Positions 36,866 to 39,920 of a DNA stretch of 39,920 bases are shown here, piece after piece (position 1 is the stretch's first letter; each line of letters opens with the position of its first letter). Source of the DNA: Octopus sinensis. Lineage: Eukaryota. Position numbers and translations under genes: made by a program. The notes beneath the pieces are model-generated. The model did no database searches. It was not told where the DNA came from and was given only the letters and a program-made list of their open reading frames with translations. The stretch spans positions 1 through 39,920 of the forward strand of contig NW_021832024.1 in the NCBI RefSeq assembly GCF_006345805.1, written 5' to 3'.

Positions 36866-37310
36866 TACAAGGTGTTCAAAAAGTTTCTCTGCTGTGAGTA
36901 TTTTATTGCGAAATAAATATTTATAAGATGGTATAGGGCTGCAAAGGAATACATTAGACTTTACAAGACTTTAAAAAACTTTATAAGAGGTGATGAAATT
37001 TAATTTGGTTTTTACTGCCGTGTAAGTACTTCCTAGGCTGATGATCCGTTTTCTGTGACAATTTGCGTAAGGCGTTTGACGGGTTTGCCAACATTTTAGC
37101 AGAAATATTGGAGAATGTTTCGTCTGAAAGAACAGTAGGCCTACTTGCTATATCTTCCACTGAGCCTGTGTTTCTAAATTTTCTTATCAAATCCCGCACA
37201 GTGTCACGATGTAGAAGAACTGTATTTGGAAAAATTTCACTGAACTTCGGTTTCACAGTACCTGTGTATTTGTTTCCAGTTCGAAACCACCCTTTCAACT
37301 AAAAACGTGC
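36866..37310 (-). mobile_element. Tc1/mariner-superfamily fragment with N-terminal HTH region
   Basis: Terminus TA|CAAGGTGTTCAAAAAGTTTC; ORF TVRDLIRKFRNTGSVED..RPTVLSDE..NPSNALRKLSQKT. Confidence 0.8.
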
Positions 37311-38259
37311 GTTCTTCAATGGTTATCATGTCGATACGCTGAAGGGGACAGAACGACCGAGAGACAATGGCTGACGCTCGGCCGCCCACGAAATGATAAC
37401 CAAGTTGCGCATGCTCAGGATGAAAAAGTTCACTGCGAGAGACTGTGTCTGTCTGTATGTATTAAAATCAATGAGGATATTAAAATATGCGGATGGTGAA
37501 TGTATAGCGGTAATCCAAACAGATAAGAAAGTTGCTATGAAATGATGCTAAAAGGAATTTCGAGCAGGTGCAAAGTCTGACGGCCGTTTCGAGGAGATAT
37601 AGATTTGTGTGGGCGAGTTAATTCCAACCATAACAATTATGTATATTTCTCTTATCAAAGTTAGTCTAAGGAGATTTATAAAAGATTTAACAAATGCTTT
37701 TACACATCGCTGGTCACAATGCGCTTTGCATTATTTTAGCCATCAAATGACGCCTAGCTTGTCCACCCCGCTGGCTAGACGAGTAGGTCAACATTCCTCC
37801 TGATCGAAAGATTCACAGGTGCAACGTGAAATGAAGGATTTTGCTCAAGAACACAATGCGCCGCCCAGTCAGGGAGTCGAACCCTCGATCTAGCGATCCT
37901 GAGTGAAACAGCCTAACCACTAGGCCACGCGCCTTCACATACATATATGTGTGTGTGTGTGCGTGTGCGTGTATCTATATAAATTTATATATAAATGTAC
38001 GTACCTGTCGTCATGAATGTGTTAAATTTGTAAATTTGTTCAATGGTGTTACATCATTAAGCAAGGTATTCGTGGATAGTTAATGCATCGAATGTGGCGC
38101 TGAGGAGGGGTTAATTAGTCCCCATAATATATACGTATATATATATATATATATTATATATATATATATATATATAATATATATATAAATATATATATAT
38201 GTATATGTATACATATATATACTATTATCTATTTTTCTATCTTCAGTCGCATTGCTTAC

Positions 38260-38496
38260 AAGAAGTATTCGTATACGAAACGTCGTAATTTTCACTGCTG
38301 GCTCTGAATGATGTAGAAAATCTGCAAAAGAACTTTAAATTATATTAAATCGAACTGCTAACACAATGTGTACAAAATGTGGGACACAGTATTCACTTAC
38401 TGACCTCTGATACTCTCGGTAGTATATTATGGTCGGTAAACGAAATACGGTGTCCATGTTTGCATATGTGAGTATATGTTTGTGTGTGTTGTGTGT
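38260..38496 (-). other. Two candidate minus-strand exons (38496-38401 and 38321-38260) separated by a 79-nt GT-AG intron
   Basis: Donors TCA|GTAAGT and CTT|GTAAGC, acceptor TTTAAAGTTCTTTTGCAG; aaacATGG at 38457 gives only a 28-aa ORF when spliced. Confidence 0.35.
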
Positions 38497-39776
38497 CTGT
38501 GAGAACAGTATGAAATGCTAATTGAAAAAAGCATCGGTAGCAATCATGGAAACACGCCTTATATGTTTGAAGTGAGTGTTAGAAATTAGTGTTAATATAT
38601 TGACCCCATTGTATGAGTGGTATCTTATTCAAACTATCATAGTGCAATGTTCCTAATAAGCTAATGAGATAGTGTATGTGTATGTGTATAAGAGAGAGAA
38701 GCAGGGGGAAAGAAACAGGGGGGAAAGAAAGAAATAGTGAGGAAAAAGAATAGACGGAAAGAAAGAAATAGAGAGATAGAGAGAGATGGCAGACCTAAAC
38801 GCAAAGAGAGGGATAGATTTACAGGCAAATAAACAAACGCACAGACAGGCAAACAGGGAGGCAGATAGACGGACATACAGGAAGTGAAAGCACATCCATT
38901 GACAGATAGAGTGACAGAGAAACAGAGAGTCAGATAGGGAAACAGAAAAACAAACAGACAGATAAGCTGATAGACAAACAGACGGAGAGATAGACAAACA
39001 GATGGAGAGATAGACAAATAGACAGATAGGTAGACAAACAGATCGGCAGACAGAAGCATACAGATAGACAAACAAAACCGGTAGAGAAAATGACAGGCAT
39101 ATAGACAAACAAACTGGCACACAAAAAGACAAGCAGATAGACTAGCATACGGACAGATAGGCAAACAGAGTGGCAGGCCAAACGACCAGGCATTCAGAGA
39201 GGCAGACGACCAGACAATCAGAGAGGCAGACGACCAGGCAGGCAGGTAAGCATAGAGACAGATAATGACTCAGATAAAGAGACACAACAGATAGAGAGAA
39301 ACAGAAAGAGAGAAACAGAAAGAGATAGGCAGACAGAGAGAGCGAGAGACAGAGAGAGAGAGAGTGAGAGTGTGAAAGAGTGAGAGAGAGAGATATTGAA
39401 ACAGAAGGAAACAGAAAGCAAGAGAAATTGATTAATCGACGGAGGGAAGAATAATTAATGAGAGACACTGTCGTACAGGGATGCTAATGAGTATTCAACA
39501 AGGTGTACGTGTGTGTATAAGTGTATGTGTGTGTGTGTTTGCGCGTATCTATGTCTGTGAGAATGCGCTCTTTTCTTCTTCTGGTGCGTATATGTGTGTA
39601 TATGTATCTATGTGTATGTGTGGTTATATACATGTTTCCCGGTGGATATATGTATATGTGTGTGTGATAGAATCTATGTGTGACTCTGTGTGACTCTGTG
39701 TATGTCTGAATGTCTCTGTGTGTATGTATATGCGTGTATGTGTGTGCGCGTGTGTGTATGTGTGTGTGTGTGTGTG

Positions 39777-39815
<39 letters not shown>

Positions 39816-39920
39816 TGTGTAATTAAAATGTCACCATATTGACATCTATTAAACAGTGCAATGTTTCCTGGAGAAACAGATCGAGAATGAAAGAGGTACA
39901 CAGAAAGAGACAGAGAGAGA

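Noticed and set aside
37320-37402. 10-bp inverted repeat TGGTTATCAT / ATGATAACCA
   Set aside because: Short, interior does not pair, and it is probably part of the adjacent transposon remnant.

Overview
Eukaryotic, very AT-rich, microsatellite-dense genomic DNA. The SINE families look like those of octopus/coleoid cephalopods (inferred from recalled repeat families; no search was run). There is no intact long ORF, no rRNA, no true tRNA gene and no CRISPR array. Most ORFs in the track are translations of (TA)n, (GATA)n, (CA)n or (ATA)n tracts. Recognisable content is transposon debris: at least four tRNA-headed SINE families, Penelope-like RT and GIY-YIG fragments with minimal hammerhead motifs, 3' ends of RTE, R4/Dong and CR1/L2-type LINEs, three Tc1/mariner elements, a MITE and a non-autonomous Helitron. 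The most unusual structure is a ~490-bp tandem array that folds back into a ~1.6-kb palindrome (7468-9447). Splice-signal reading suggests a + strand gene of very small exons across ~32 kb, with a recursive-splice-like site in its longest intron, plus a possible antisense spliced unit. These gene models are hypotheses from splice signals and phase only; I could not assign them to a known protein.
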